DNA from: a virus
Taxonomy: Duplodnaviria; Caudoviricetes
Reading direction: 5' to 3' (one strand)
IMG/VR virus record: IMGVR_UViG_3300028482_000001
Span: 1-64,000 of that record
Length of the DNA stretch: 64,000 nt
The notes below the pieces were generated by a model. It was not told the origin of the DNA and made no database searches. It was given only the letters and a program-made list of their open reading frames with translations. This document shows positions 37,547 to 47,291 of this stretch, one piece after another (positions within the stretch are counted from its first letter, which is position 1; each line of letters begins with the position of its first letter). The position numbers and the translations under genes were made by a program.

Positions 37547-39186
37547 GTTTAGGAGTAATAAAAATGGGCGGTTTTAAAGAAATTGATATAAAAAAAGAAT
37601 TAAGAAAAAGGGTTGCATATAACCAAAAAGAAAATGGAAACGGTATTTTCAATAAAGATTTTTTCCTGGGGCAAGGAACGCTTGATAATGCAGATTCTAT
37701 TTTTTATGATCCTTATTTTGTGTCTGAAAATGCTTTCCATGGAATTAGAACTATATCACGTGTACAATTCGGGGGAATCCCATGTGCAACTTTAAGGAAA
37801 GTAGCTCAAAAAGCATGGATTATTAATACTTGTATTAATCACATCCAAAAGAAAATCAAACCATTCTTAAAACCTGTAACAGATAGAAATTCTAGGGGCT
37901 TTTTGATTTATAAAAAGGGTGAAGATTTAACAAAGACACAAAAAGCCGATAAAACGAGAGATGAAATTAGAGATTTTATTATTAACTGTGGGAACTTTGA
38001 AGATGCAGATAGAGATGATTTTGTTAAATATTGTATAAAAATTGTGCGTGATAATTTAACTATTGATCAAGTTGCAACAGAATTACAGTACACAAAAGAT
38101 AAAAAGTTATGTGCTTTTTATGCTGTAGATGCTGCAACAGTTGAAAAAGTAATCCCAAATAAAAATGTAAAAACAGATTGGAAATATATTCAAGTTGTAG
38201 ATGGAATTCCTGCGGCCGGATATACAACTGATACAATGCTTTTTGATTTTGAAAATCCAAGAACAGATATTTACCATTCTCAATATGGGTATTCATATGT
38301 AGAACAAGCAGTAGACTTAATAACATCATTTATTAATACTTTTGTATATAATGCCGGAAACTTTACAGAAAACAAACTTCCTAAAGGTATGCTTTTAATT
38401 AGCGGAGATGCAACTTCTGAACGAATTGAAGAAATGGAAGATTATATTGCTGAAATTATGAGTGGTGGGCCACTTAATCAGTGGAGAATCCCAATAATTC
38501 CAGCAGGAGATAAAGAAGCAAGTATTGAATGGAAACAACTAAACGGAAACAACAGAGAAATGGAATTCCAACAATGGAATGACTATTTAACTAGTGCTGT
38601 AGTTGCTATGTTTGGTTGTTCAATGGATGAACTAGGAATTCAAAGCCAAAAATCACAAACAATGTTTGAAAACTCTGGAGCAGACAGAATGTCGGCTAGT
38701 AAATCTTTGTTGTTAGGTGATTTATTAACATTTCTTGAATCTTACATAAATAAAATCGTTAAAAAAATAAATCCTGATTATGTATTAGAATTTGTAGGAT
38801 ATGAAAAAGACAATCCAAACACTGTAGCAGATTTAGACGAAAAAGAAGTTAGAACCTGGAAAAGTATTAACGAAAAAAGAGCAGAAAAAGGATTAGACCC
38901 TATAGACTTGTCAAAGATTGAAAACGGGGCAGACTTACCAATGAATGGTCAACTTGTACAAATGTTCCAGGCTGCACAAGCTCAAACAGGTATGGGCGAT
39001 ATGGGGGGAATGGGTGAAGAAGGAACAGAGGATAATGATGATTGGCAGAATTATGGAGATGAAGAAGGCACTAACGAAGAATCTAACAATGATTACAGTG
39101 GTTTAGAAGATTCCAAAAATACTAATGCTTATAGTGGACTTGAAGAAAGTTCAGAAGATATAAACAAATCATTATTAAGGATTTAG
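37528..39186 (+). CDS. Portal protein
   Basis: DNLTIDQVATE, FENPRTDIY..YGYS; position after TerL; true start probably MGGFKE near 37563. Confidence 0.85.
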   Translation: MAVFFFCLGVIKMGGFKEIDIKKELRKRVAYNQKENGNGIFNKDFFLGQGTLDNADSIFYDPYFVSENAFHGIRTISRVQFGGIPCATLRKVAQKAWIINTCINHIQKKIKPFLKPVTDRNSRGFLIYKKGEDLTKTQKADKTRDEIRDFIINCGNFEDADRDDFVKYCIKIVRDNLTIDQVATELQYTKDKKLCAFYAVDAATVEKVIPNKNVKTDWKYIQVVDGIPAAGYTTDTMLFDFENPRTDIYHSQYGYSYVEQAVDLITSFINTFVYNAGNFTENKLPKGMLLISGDATSERIEEMEDYIAEIMSGGPLNQWRIPIIPAGDKEASIEWKQLNGNNREMEFQQWNDYLTSAVVAMFGCSMDELGIQSQKSQTMFENSGADRMSASKSLLLGDLLTFLESYINKIVKKINPDYVLEFVGYEKDNPNTVADLDEKEVRTWKSINEKRAEKGLDPIDLSKIENGADLPMNGQLVQMFQAAQAQTGMGDMGGMGEEGTEDNDDWQNYGDEEGTNEESNNDYSGLEDSKNTNAYSGLEESSEDINKSLLRI

Positions 39187-39326
39187 GGCGATGAATGAAA
39201 TTTGTAAAAATTGTACTTGGTGGGTAGAAGAAACTGACAAAATCGGAGAGTACGAACATAAGGAAGCTCTAAAACAAAATAAAGGTTTTTGTTTGTGCCA
39301 AGATTTGTTTACAAATAAAGAACCTG

Positions 39327-39557
39327 ATGATGAATGTGATTGTGGAGAATTTAATCATGAGTAGAAGTTATCGAAAAACACCAATAGTAAAAGATAATGG
39401 CAAACACAAACAATACTGGAAAAGACAAGCAAATAAAAGATGTCGCAAAGAAAGAGTTGGTAGTGGTGGGGAATATAAAAAGCATTATGATCAATACTCT
39501 ATTTGTGATTGGAAGTTTAGATTAAAGAATTTGTGTAAAAAGAAAATGTCAAAATAA
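39327..39557 (+). CDS. Small conserved phage protein
   Basis: MSRSYRKTP...KRQANKR...YSICDW. Confidence 0.55.
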   Translation: MMNVIVENLIMSRSYRKTPIVKDNGKHKQYWKRQANKRCRKERVGSGGEYKKHYDQYSICDWKFRLKNLCKKKMSK

Positions 39558-39613
39558 GGGAAATTAATGGAAAATTAAGGGAAATTTCCCTTGTTTATTT
39601 AAAAGGAGATAAA

Positions 39614-42600
39614 ATGGGAAAACTAGTAATTAAAAAATCTGTTGCAAATCAAATAACAAGCAAATTAAAAACTCATAAAAATGATGATATAACGCCCGAA
39701 TTTGCAGAAAATCTGCAAAAATCGGACTTATTTTCTGAAAATAAGCAAGTTTCAGTCAAATTACAGTCAAATAAAAATATAGGTGTAACTCCTGATGATT
39801 GTTATTATGATTTAGATAATCCCACAGAGAAATTTTATTATGATTTGAAAATGAAATTTGCTCAGAGTGATAAAGCAGATGATATTGAGAAATCACATAA
39901 ATATATAAGACGATGGAAAATGAATAATGGTGAATGGAGATATGAATATCCAAAAGGGGTTGATAAAAAAATACATTCATTTAGAGATGTAACAACAGCT
40001 CTAACAAATAAGACAACAGAAATAAAAGATATTCAACCATTAACAACAGAAAAACAGATTGATGCAGAGCTTGAAAGATTAACAAAACTTTCAGAAGAAG
40101 GAAAACTTACTTGTCCGGCTTTAGGAAATGCAAATATTTACATTGAAGATATGACTACAGAACATGCAGAAAAAACAAACGGTGTATTTAGAACAAAGGA
40201 AGCTAAAATTCATAAGTTACAATATCTTTCTTTTGTTGAAGATGTTCTTAAAAATGGTATTCTATTTATGAAATCACGTAAATACAATCATGCTTGGTCA
40301 TTAGATAAGATTTCAGAAAGAGAAAGAACTACTTATGGAATTATTAACAAGGTTACATATTTTGACAAAAAGAAAAATAAAAACATAACATGTGGAATGG
40401 AAATTGTTGTTGCGTGGGATAATGAAAGAAAAAGGTTTGTGTTTTCATTTATTGATAGACAAATAAAAAAATCCTTGTTATTTAACAAGGATTTTCAAAC
40501 GACCACTTTCGAGGCGGGTCAGGTAGGTGCTTGTAAAACAGAGGCTTTTTCTACCACCGACTCTATAATACCACATTTGATAAATTTGTCAAGTAGAAAT
40601 GTAAATAAATCCCTTACTTATTCTGGTTATAAATTACAAGGTAGAACTAGACTTTATGGCATGGATATTTCCATTGAAAATAAAAAAGGAAGTTATAGAT
40701 GTGGTGTAGATTCAGATGGTCATAAGTGGGAAATTTTAATGCACTATGATTATGGATATATTAGGGGAACTGTAGGAGTAGACAAAGATCACTTAGATTG
40801 TGTAAGCCCAGAAACAAAAATCTTAATGGCTGATTATACTGAAAAAAGTGCTGCAGATATAAAAGAAGGCGACGAACTTATTGGAATTAAATTAGAAACA
40901 CAACAGCATAAGCAGCGAAAACAGATTAAAACTAAAGTTATTCATGTCAAAAAAGGTATGGATGATATGCTAGATATTACTCTTGAAAATGGTGTAAAAC
41001 TGAGAACTACTAAAGGTCATTTACATTATTATTTTCAAGGTAAGACAAGAGATAAGTATTGGAAGCGTGCTGATGAATTAAAAATTGGTGATAAACTTGT
41101 AATGATTTACAATCATCATAATTTTGAAGAAACAGAAGATTATAAAAAGGGTTATCTCTTTGGAGCTTATATCGGCGATGGATGTTATAATTTTGATGAA
41201 TCAAAACAGGTTTATTGTGATATTAGAAAAGGCGTTGCTTTTATTGATGTTATACATAGAGTAAAACAATATTGGAATGATTTAGGTTTAGAAACATCTA
41301 AGATAAGAATAGACAAACCTAGACAGACAAATTCTTTATTAGCAGATGGTAGAAAAGTTATATCTAAAATGGATTTAGCTATATTATCTATTAGAGGTAT
41401 AAACAAAATAAGATATATTAAATCAATTCTTGTAAAAAATCCTAAATCTTTTGAATGGTGTCGTGGTTATATCGCTGGTTTATTTGATACAGATGGATGC
41501 TTGAATTGTAGACATGAATTCCTGATAACTCAAACCAAAAATCAAGATGAATTTATGAAATTTACAATTGAATGTATTAATAAATTGGGTTATCAAGCAG
41601 TAAAAAGATACAATGAAATTAAATTACATACAGATTATATGGCTGATAATATAACAATGGAGTTTACTCAAATTATTAAGCCAGCTCTTGAAAAGAAAAG
41701 AAACTTTTTAGGCCAAACTTATAGATATGAGCCATTGGAAATTGTGGATATAAAGCCATATACCGGGGAGTTTGTTGCTATTCAGACTGATGAACAGACA
41801 TATATTGCAAATGGACTTGTAACACATAATTGCTATGTTGGACCAGATAAAAACACAAAAAAAGTTTATGTAATTCATCAAAACAATCCTATTACTCATA
41901 AATACGATGAAGATAAATGTATGTTGTGTTTTGAAAGTGCAGATGCAGCCAAAAAAGCATATATGAAACAATATGATAGACCAGGATTTTTTGGAAGTAT
42001 GGAAACATTAACTGTAGAACAATTCAAAACTTTTGTATTTTCAAAACAAGGTAGTAGAATACACAAATCCTTTGATATTGAAATAACTGATATTACTGAA
42101 AATAATAAGCAAAGAAAAGTTGAGCAAGTAGAAAAGGCATTAAACGCTATTTATAATAACAAACCTTTTGTAATTGAGCATATTTCAAAAAAATTAGATT
42201 TCTCAAGAAAATATAATGATATTTTAATGAGAATTACTGATTTTGATAAAAACAAAATTGAAAAAGCTGTACATTCATTGGCATTTACATTAGATACTAA
42301 AGTTAAGGCAAGTAAAGGAGAGGCCTTTGTATATGCCAGTCAGGAAGATTTAACAAATCAGATTGTTAATGAAATTACTGAAAAAACAAAAAAGATTTAT
42401 AATTTCGTAATTTCATTTTTTGACTTACCTGAAATTACTATCGTAAGAAAAGCAAATTTAATTCATAAAGGGAAAATAATATACAATCCTGAAACAGGAG
42501 AACCTGTGAAAAAAGCAGAGTGGGATAAATTTGTAGAAGAATTAGAAAAAATGCTTAATAAAAATTATATGGGGTATGGTGAAAAAATAGTTTTAAAAGG

Positions 42601-43261
42601 TGAAACGTTAGGACTGATTTTAGATCGTCTTGCAAAAACTAATTCTTTTGAAGCAATTCAGAAGAAAAAACTTTCGGACATTGTATATAAACGAAAACAT
42701 TTTGATTGGATTTCGGATGATATAAAAAATTTAAAAACTATTATTGGTGAACCTATATCAAGGGAACGGGCAGCAAGAATTGAAGTTGCGATGCAGAGTG
42801 TAGGGCAAAGAATATCAAGGGTAAAAGATTCTCTTAAAAATGAAATCCAGCAAGTTATTATTGACGGAATTAAAAACAAAGAATCGAAGAGAGTTGTTTC
42901 TCAAAATTTGTTTGATAAGTGTGTAGGACTTAATCGAGATTTTCAAAAAATTGCAGATAGTGAAATCCAAAATACAGTTAATAATGCATATATCAAAGAA
43001 GAAGTTTTTAATTCAGACGAAAATGAAAAAATCTATTTTAAAAGGTTTGAAGTGATAGATGATAACACTTGTTCAAAATGTAAAAAAATAAAAGGGAAAC
43101 TTGCACTTTATAGCAAAGTTCCTTTGGATGATGAACATATCAAGGATGAGTATGCTGATTATGCAATATGGGAAGGTAAAGTAGATGGAGATTTGCCTAT
43201 GGGGATATTGCATCCTTATTGTCGTGGATCGTGGGTTAGGTATTATCCGGAGGTTGATTGA
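39614..43261 (+). CDS. Polyvalent MuF-type head protein: nuclease-like domain, inorganic-pyrophosphatase-like domain split by an intein, C-terminal MuF domain
   Basis: DYGYIRGT.G.D.DHLD|CYVGP..DEDKCML; C-terminal TCSKC...LHPYCRGSW. Confidence 0.75.
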   Translation: MGKLVIKKSVANQITSKLKTHKNDDITPEFAENLQKSDLFSENKQVSVKLQSNKNIGVTPDDCYYDLDNPTEKFYYDLKMKFAQSDKADDIEKSHKYIRRWKMNNGEWRYEYPKGVDKKIHSFRDVTTALTNKTTEIKDIQPLTTEKQIDAELERLTKLSEEGKLTCPALGNANIYIEDMTTEHAEKTNGVFRTKEAKIHKLQYLSFVEDVLKNGILFMKSRKYNHAWSLDKISERERTTYGIINKVTYFDKKKNKNITCGMEIVVAWDNERKRFVFSFIDRQIKKSLLFNKDFQTTTFEAGQVGACKTEAFSTTDSIIPHLINLSSRNVNKSLTYSGYKLQGRTRLYGMDISIENKKGSYRCGVDSDGHKWEILMHYDYGYIRGTVGVDKDHLDCVSPETKILMADYTEKSAADIKEGDELIGIKLETQQHKQRKQIKTKVIHVKKGMDDMLDITLENGVKLRTTKGHLHYYFQGKTRDKYWKRADELKIGDKLVMIYNHHNFEETEDYKKGYLFGAYIGDGCYNFDESKQVYCDIRKGVAFIDVIHRVKQYWNDLGLETSKIRIDKPRQTNSLLADGRKVISKMDLAILSIRGINKIRYIKSILVKNPKSFEWCRGYIAGLFDTDGCLNCRHEFLITQTKNQDEFMKFTIECINKLGYQAVKRYNEIKLHTDYMADNITMEFTQIIKPALEKKRNFLGQTYRYEPLEIVDIKPYTGEFVAIQTDEQTYIANGLVTHNCYVGPDKNTKKVYVIHQNNPITHKYDEDKCMLCFESADAAKKAYMKQYDRPGFFGSMETLTVEQFKTFVFSKQGSRIHKSFDIEITDITENNKQRKVEQVEKALNAIYNNKPFVIEHISKKLDFSRKYNDILMRITDFDKNKIEKAVHSLAFTLDTKVKASKGEAFVYASQEDLTNQIVNEITEKTKKIYNFVISFFDLPEITIVRKANLIHKGKIIYNPETGEPVKKAEWDKFVEELEKMLNKNYMGYGEKIVLKGETLGLILDRLAKTNSFEAIQKKKLSDIVYKRKHFDWISDDIKNLKTIIGEPISRERAARIEVAMQSVGQRISRVKDSLKNEIQQVIIDGIKNKESKRVVSQNLFDKCVGLNRDFQKIADSEIQNTVNNAYIKEEVFNSDENEKIYFKRFEVIDDNTCSKCKKIKGKLALYSKVPLDDEHIKDEYADYAIWEGKVDGDLPMGILHPYCRGSWVRYYPEVD
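40463..40560 (-). ncRNA. Candidate antisense structured RNA (unit C), inside ORF
   Basis: Minus-strand TTGACA(40592-40587)-16-TATTAT(40570-40565) with upstream TG; ends in AAAATCCTTGTT/AACAAGGATTTT hairpin and U tract. Confidence 0.6.
40799..41830 (+). mobile_element. Intein with LAGLIDADG homing endonuclease (344 aa)
   Basis: Starts CVSPET, ends VTHN followed by Cys; GAYIGDG and AGLFDTDG motifs. Confidence 0.9.
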
Positions 43262-43472
43262 GTATTAAATTTAAAACTTTATCTATTGACAAGTCGTAAA
43301 TTTTATATTATAGTTTGATTATTAGTATTAATTTTAATACTAGTTGTTTTAAATAAAGAGTTGCGTATTTGTTTAAGACTATTACTAACCTATTATCTTT
43401 TTTCAACGCAACCCTAGATGACTAGGTGAAAAAAGGTGATAGGTTTTTTATTTTAAAGGAGTAAGGTAAGGT

Positions 43473-43967
43473 ATGATAGGATACAAAGCATTTGACAAAA
43501 ATTTATGTTGTCGAGGATTCCGGTTTGAAGTTGGAAAAACTTACACAAAAGACACTAAAAAAGAAGATTTAGAATGTTGTACTGACAAAGTATTTCATTT
43601 TTGTCGAGAACTTTTTGCTATAGAAAAAGAAAGTAATTACAAACTTTCAGAATCAAGAATTTGCGAAATTATCGCAGGTGAATATATAAAACAAGACGAC
43701 AAGTACGGAACGAATTCAATTACAATCCTTCGTGAGATTATAGGAGATGAAAAAAAAGAACATAAACAAGAGATAAAAACCTGTGGTGGCTTTTTAAAAT
43801 CTCTTGAATACAAAGAAGCGTTTAGATTGGCTTGGGATAAAGCAAGTAAAGAAGAACATAAAAAACTTCTTAAACTTCCTAACTGGAATAATGAAATTTT
43901 TAAAGAAATTTCTGGAATCGACGCAGAAGCAGAAATAAAAAAAGAAAATAAGGAATTAGAAAAATGA
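43473..43967 (+). CDS. Conserved phage protein
   Basis: GYKAFDKNLCCRGFRFEVGKTY; LPNWNNEIFKEISGI. Confidence 0.6.
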   Translation: MIGYKAFDKNLCCRGFRFEVGKTYTKDTKKEDLECCTDKVFHFCRELFAIEKESNYKLSESRICEIIAGEYIKQDDKYGTNSITILREIIGDEKKEHKQEIKTCGGFLKSLEYKEAFRLAWDKASKEEHKKLLKLPNWNNEIFKEISGIDAEAEIKKENKELEK

Positions 43968-44290
43968 GTTTTAGTCCAGAAACAGAAAAATTAGTAAATG
44001 ACTTAATCCAAGCAGAATACAAAAATGCTTGTGAAAAGTTTGGCGAAAAATATCACTCACTTCACGAGGGGTGTGCAGTTCTTTTGGAAGAAGTAGAAGA
44101 TGTTGAAGATTGTATAAAACGATTAAAGAATGAAATAGATTATATTTGGACTTATATCAAAAAAGATAAAACAAAAATTATAAAATATTCTGTTGATGAT
44201 AGTTTCAATATATTTACAATTAATTCAATAAAAGAACTTGCACAAGTTGGAGCAGTTTTAATGAAGATTCAAAATACTTTGATGAGGTGA
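43964..44290 (+). CDS. MazG-like / hypothetical protein
   Basis: HEGCAVLLEEVE...ELAQVGAV. Confidence 0.5.
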   Translation: MSFSPETEKLVNDLIQAEYKNACEKFGEKYHSLHEGCAVLLEEVEDVEDCIKRLKNEIDYIWTYIKKDKTKIIKYSVDDSFNIFTINSIKELAQVGAVLMKIQNTLMR

Positions 44291-44294
44291 AAGA

Positions 44295-44549
44295 ATGATT
44301 TGCGAAAAATGTCGTTATTGTTACGAGTTAGACCAGTCTAATGAAAGTAATGGGAAAGATATAATCCAATATTGCAAACACGGATTAGGCAATGCTTATG
44401 TTAACGGATATTGCGATTATCCTTTTGTTTTTATTCCAATAGTAATTTTATATTCTAAAATACGCAGATTTTTTTATAATAAAAGCATAAAAAAACATTT
44501 AGAGTATTATAAATTATTTGAGTCCATTATAAAGGATGTAGCAGAATGA
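44295..44549 (+). CDS. Hypothetical protein
   Basis: ORF track, Cys pairs. Confidence 0.4.
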   Translation: MICEKCRYCYELDQSNESNGKDIIQYCKHGLGNAYVNGYCDYPFVFIPIVILYSKIRRFFYNKSIKKHLEYYKLFESIIKDVAE

Positions 44550-44905
44550 AAACTTGTAAAGTTTGTGGTGCTATTTTTTCTCCAAGAGATTACAGGCAAA
44601 CAATCTGTTCTGATGAATGCAGAAAAGTTGCCAACAAAAAAAGATGTGCTTTATATCGACAAACTCATACACCAATTAAAAATAAATGTGTTTTGTGTGG
44701 AGCAGTAACAAAAGGATTTATTTGTATGGGGTCGGAATGTAGAAAAATTTACCATCAAGTTTATTCGTGGACGCAAAACAGAATGAAATATGATATTAGA
44801 GCAAGTGGAAAAAAATATATAAATCCACTTGAAAAAATCCAAGCGATAAAAGAAAAGTATAAAAACGGAGTTTCTGTTGAGATAATTAAACAAATGATGG
44901 AGTAA
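44546..44905 (+). CDS. Zn-ribbon hypothetical protein
   Basis: CKVC...CSDEC...CVLC. Confidence 0.5.
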   Translation: MKTCKVCGAIFSPRDYRQTICSDECRKVANKKRCALYRQTHTPIKNKCVLCGAVTKGFICMGSECRKIYHQVYSWTQNRMKYDIRASGKKYINPLEKIQAIKEKYKNGVSVEIIKQMME

Positions 44906-45008
44906 AAAAAATGACAAAAGAAGAAAACGAAAAACTTATTGAAAGTGATTGTTACAAATTGATTAAGGCTTTAGTTGATTTGTTGATTGCGTTGAAAAGA
45001 TTTGATAA

Positions 45009-45398
45009 ATGGGAGAAAACAAAATGAAATACGTACAAGACACAAAAGAAAAATCAATTTTTATAAAGTTTTATGAAAATGACCCACTTGGATTCTGCAA
45101 TCATAGAACCATAGATACAGAAGAAGCAAAAGAAAAATTACGTAAATTAAAACGAAAAATAGATTGCATTGAACGAGCGATAAATCTAGTAGAAATAAAT
45201 AATACAAATGATTTGTGGAGCAGATACAAAAGAGGTGAACTTCCTGCAATTCATGATTCTGGAGATATTGTAAAAGACGCTTTTCAAGACGCTTTGAATA
45301 TTCAAGCTAATAGAATTCTTGGTAATTTGCAAAAACATTTTACAAATATGACAGAAGAAGAAATTGAAAATATAATTTTTCCTGATAATCGAGAATAA
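45009..45398 (+). CDS. Hypothetical protein
   Basis: ORF track. Confidence 0.4.
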   Translation: MGENKMKYVQDTKEKSIFIKFYENDPLGFCNHRTIDTEEAKEKLRKLKRKIDCIERAINLVEINNTNDLWSRYKRGELPAIHDSGDIVKDAFQDALNIQANRILGNLQKHFTNMTEEEIENIIFPDNRE

Positions 45399-45417
45399 TT
45401 AAAAAGGAGGTAAAAGA

Positions 45418-45855
45418 ATGACAGATAAAGAATTAGAAAAGAAAGCAAAAGAATATGCAAATAAAACACAGTTCACAGAATATGATAATCCGTCTTTGTC
45501 CGAAAGTTTAGATATTTCCGAAGATATAAAACAAGCATATATCGATGGTGGAAAAGAAAATCAACCTACTGTAGAAGAAATGCTCAAACGATTGATAAAA
45601 GGTGGATATGTTAAATCGGGTATTTATGAGAAAAAAGAACACTCTCAACAATGGCACATCGTTACTAACGGAGATTTGCCGAAAGAGAAAAAAGAATATT
45701 GGTGTAAAGTATTTTATTATGAATCAGAAGAAACATTTAATGCTTTCTTATGGTTTGACCCTAGCACGAAAGAGTTTAAGTTTTTGGAAAATATAGGGGA
45801 AGATGAAGTGAGCGGATTTAAAGTTAAAGAATGGCGTGAGATACCAGAGGAGTAA
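45418..45855 (+). CDS. Hypothetical protein
   Basis: GGAGG RBS; QWHIVTNGDLP motif. Confidence 0.5.
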   Translation: MTDKELEKKAKEYANKTQFTEYDNPSLSESLDISEDIKQAYIDGGKENQPTVEEMLKRLIKGGYVKSGIYEKKEHSQQWHIVTNGDLPKEKKEYWCKVFYYESEETFNAFLWFDPSTKEFKFLENIGEDEVSGFKVKEWREIPEE

Positions 45856-45858
45856 ATT

Positions 45859-46332
45859 ATGAATATCACAACCTTAACAGAAAAATATTTTGAAAAAGTT
45901 AAATCAGATGATAAATCAACAACTCTATTTAAGGATTTATTCAAATCTGGAGCTTATGCAGTTTTGAAAGAAATTAATAGACTTAACTTTCCAGCATTTA
46001 CTTTGATTGATGATAATGATTTGTCTAAGCAAGGTTTTGTCAATATGCTTTTGAATAAAATGGTTGGTGAAGATGACTCTGATTTTGTTGATAGCTGTTT
46101 GCACTTCATAGAATATAAGGCATATCATGAAGGTGAGCCCTCTATAAAAAGATTATATGAAAATGATGATAAAAATTGGTTATTAGTTCAATTAGATGAT
46201 GGAAGATTCGATATTGCCAAAAATGTTTGGGTCGATGATAAGAAAGAATCTTCGGTTTGGAAAAATCAAGATGGAAAAGTTTTGGATAATGTATTAAACT
46301 GGAGACCAATTTATCCAAATGGTGAAGTGTAA
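45859..46332 (+). CDS. Hypothetical protein
   Basis: ORF track, coupled. Confidence 0.45.
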   Translation: MNITTLTEKYFEKVKSDDKSTTLFKDLFKSGAYAVLKEINRLNFPAFTLIDDNDLSKQGFVNMLLNKMVGEDDSDFVDSCLHFIEYKAYHEGEPSIKRLYENDDKNWLLVQLDDGRFDIAKNVWVDDKKESSVWKNQDGKVLDNVLNWRPIYPNGEV

Positions 46333-46413
46333 AATAGGAGTAAACTATGTTTTTGATACTTAAAACGATTGACTGAAAAGACGAAGATTACATCAAGGGT
46401 AATATAATCCCTT

Positions 46414-46674
46414 TTGGTTGGTGCGGAGTTCGGCTATAACAAGGCTAATGAATGGCATTATGTAAAAGATGGATGTTTACCGAAAGAAACAGATTTTCTT
46501 ATGAGTAAAACACTTCTTTTAGTAACAAAAATGAAAGGCTCTGATTGCTTATTTCTTGTACTTGGGCAATACAATTTTTCGACACAAGAGTTTAGTTATC
46601 AACACATGGTTGGACTGACAGATGTTATCGCTTGGAAAGCGATTGTATCACCAAAGGAGACTGAACGAAAATGA
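46414..46674 (+). CDS. Hypothetical protein, possibly 5'-truncated
   Basis: EFGYNKANEWHYVKDG motif, no clear RBS. Confidence 0.35.
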   Translation: MVGAEFGYNKANEWHYVKDGCLPKETDFLMSKTLLLVTKMKGSDCLFLVLGQYNFSTQEFSYQHMVGLTDVIAWKAIVSPKETERK

Positions 46675-46998
46675 CTCAGAAAGTTAAATCGGCTTTAATT
46701 AAAGCAAATAAGGCAGAAGAACGACTTTTCAAAGCAGAAAGTGAATTATTTCTAGAGTGTCAAGAACTTTGTAACTACCCTTTAGAATTCTGTCAGTATC
46801 AACCTAGCGATGGGTTTTGTAAGGAATACGCATCGAATTAAATTGTGCACACTTTTCTCCAAATAAAGATGCTTTCAAAATGCTAATAAAAGAAAACGGG
46901 GATGTTGAAATTTTAGGATTGAATGAGGAGAGTAATTATGACAAAAAAAAGAAAAAATAATAGAAATAGTTTACATTATAACAACTTTATGGTATAAG

Positions 46999-47199
46999 TT
47001 GTTACGCAAAAAAGAAGGATTTTTTATGAAGAAATTTATGTTTTTTTTAAGTTGTATTATTGGAATTGTTTGCGTTATTGGGGCATCAGTTGTTAAATTT
47101 GGGCTGAATTATAATATCAGTGATGTGTTTTTAATAATAAGTTATTTTTTGTGTCTTTTACCGATAGGAATATATGTTTTTGTTATTGAAAACAAATGA
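46999..47199 (+). CDS. Small two-TM membrane protein
   Basis: Two hydrophobic segments. Confidence 0.45.
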   Translation: MLRKKEGFFMKKFMFFLSCIIGIVCVIGASVVKFGLNYNISDVFLIISYFLCLLPIGIYVFVIENK

Positions 47200-47222
47200 A
47201 AAAAAATGTAATATATTATTAG

Positions 47223-47275
47223 GATGTGTCTTAAAGGCAGTCATGATGTTTAGTCGTGGCTGCCTTTTTTGTTTT
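47223..47275 (+). promoter_or_regulatory. Late-gene leader terminator, copy 2
   Basis: GATGTG...AAGGCAGTCATGA/TCGTGGCTGCCTT TTTTGTTTT. Confidence 0.8.
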
Positions 47276-47291
47276 AAGCTTAGAATAAAGG

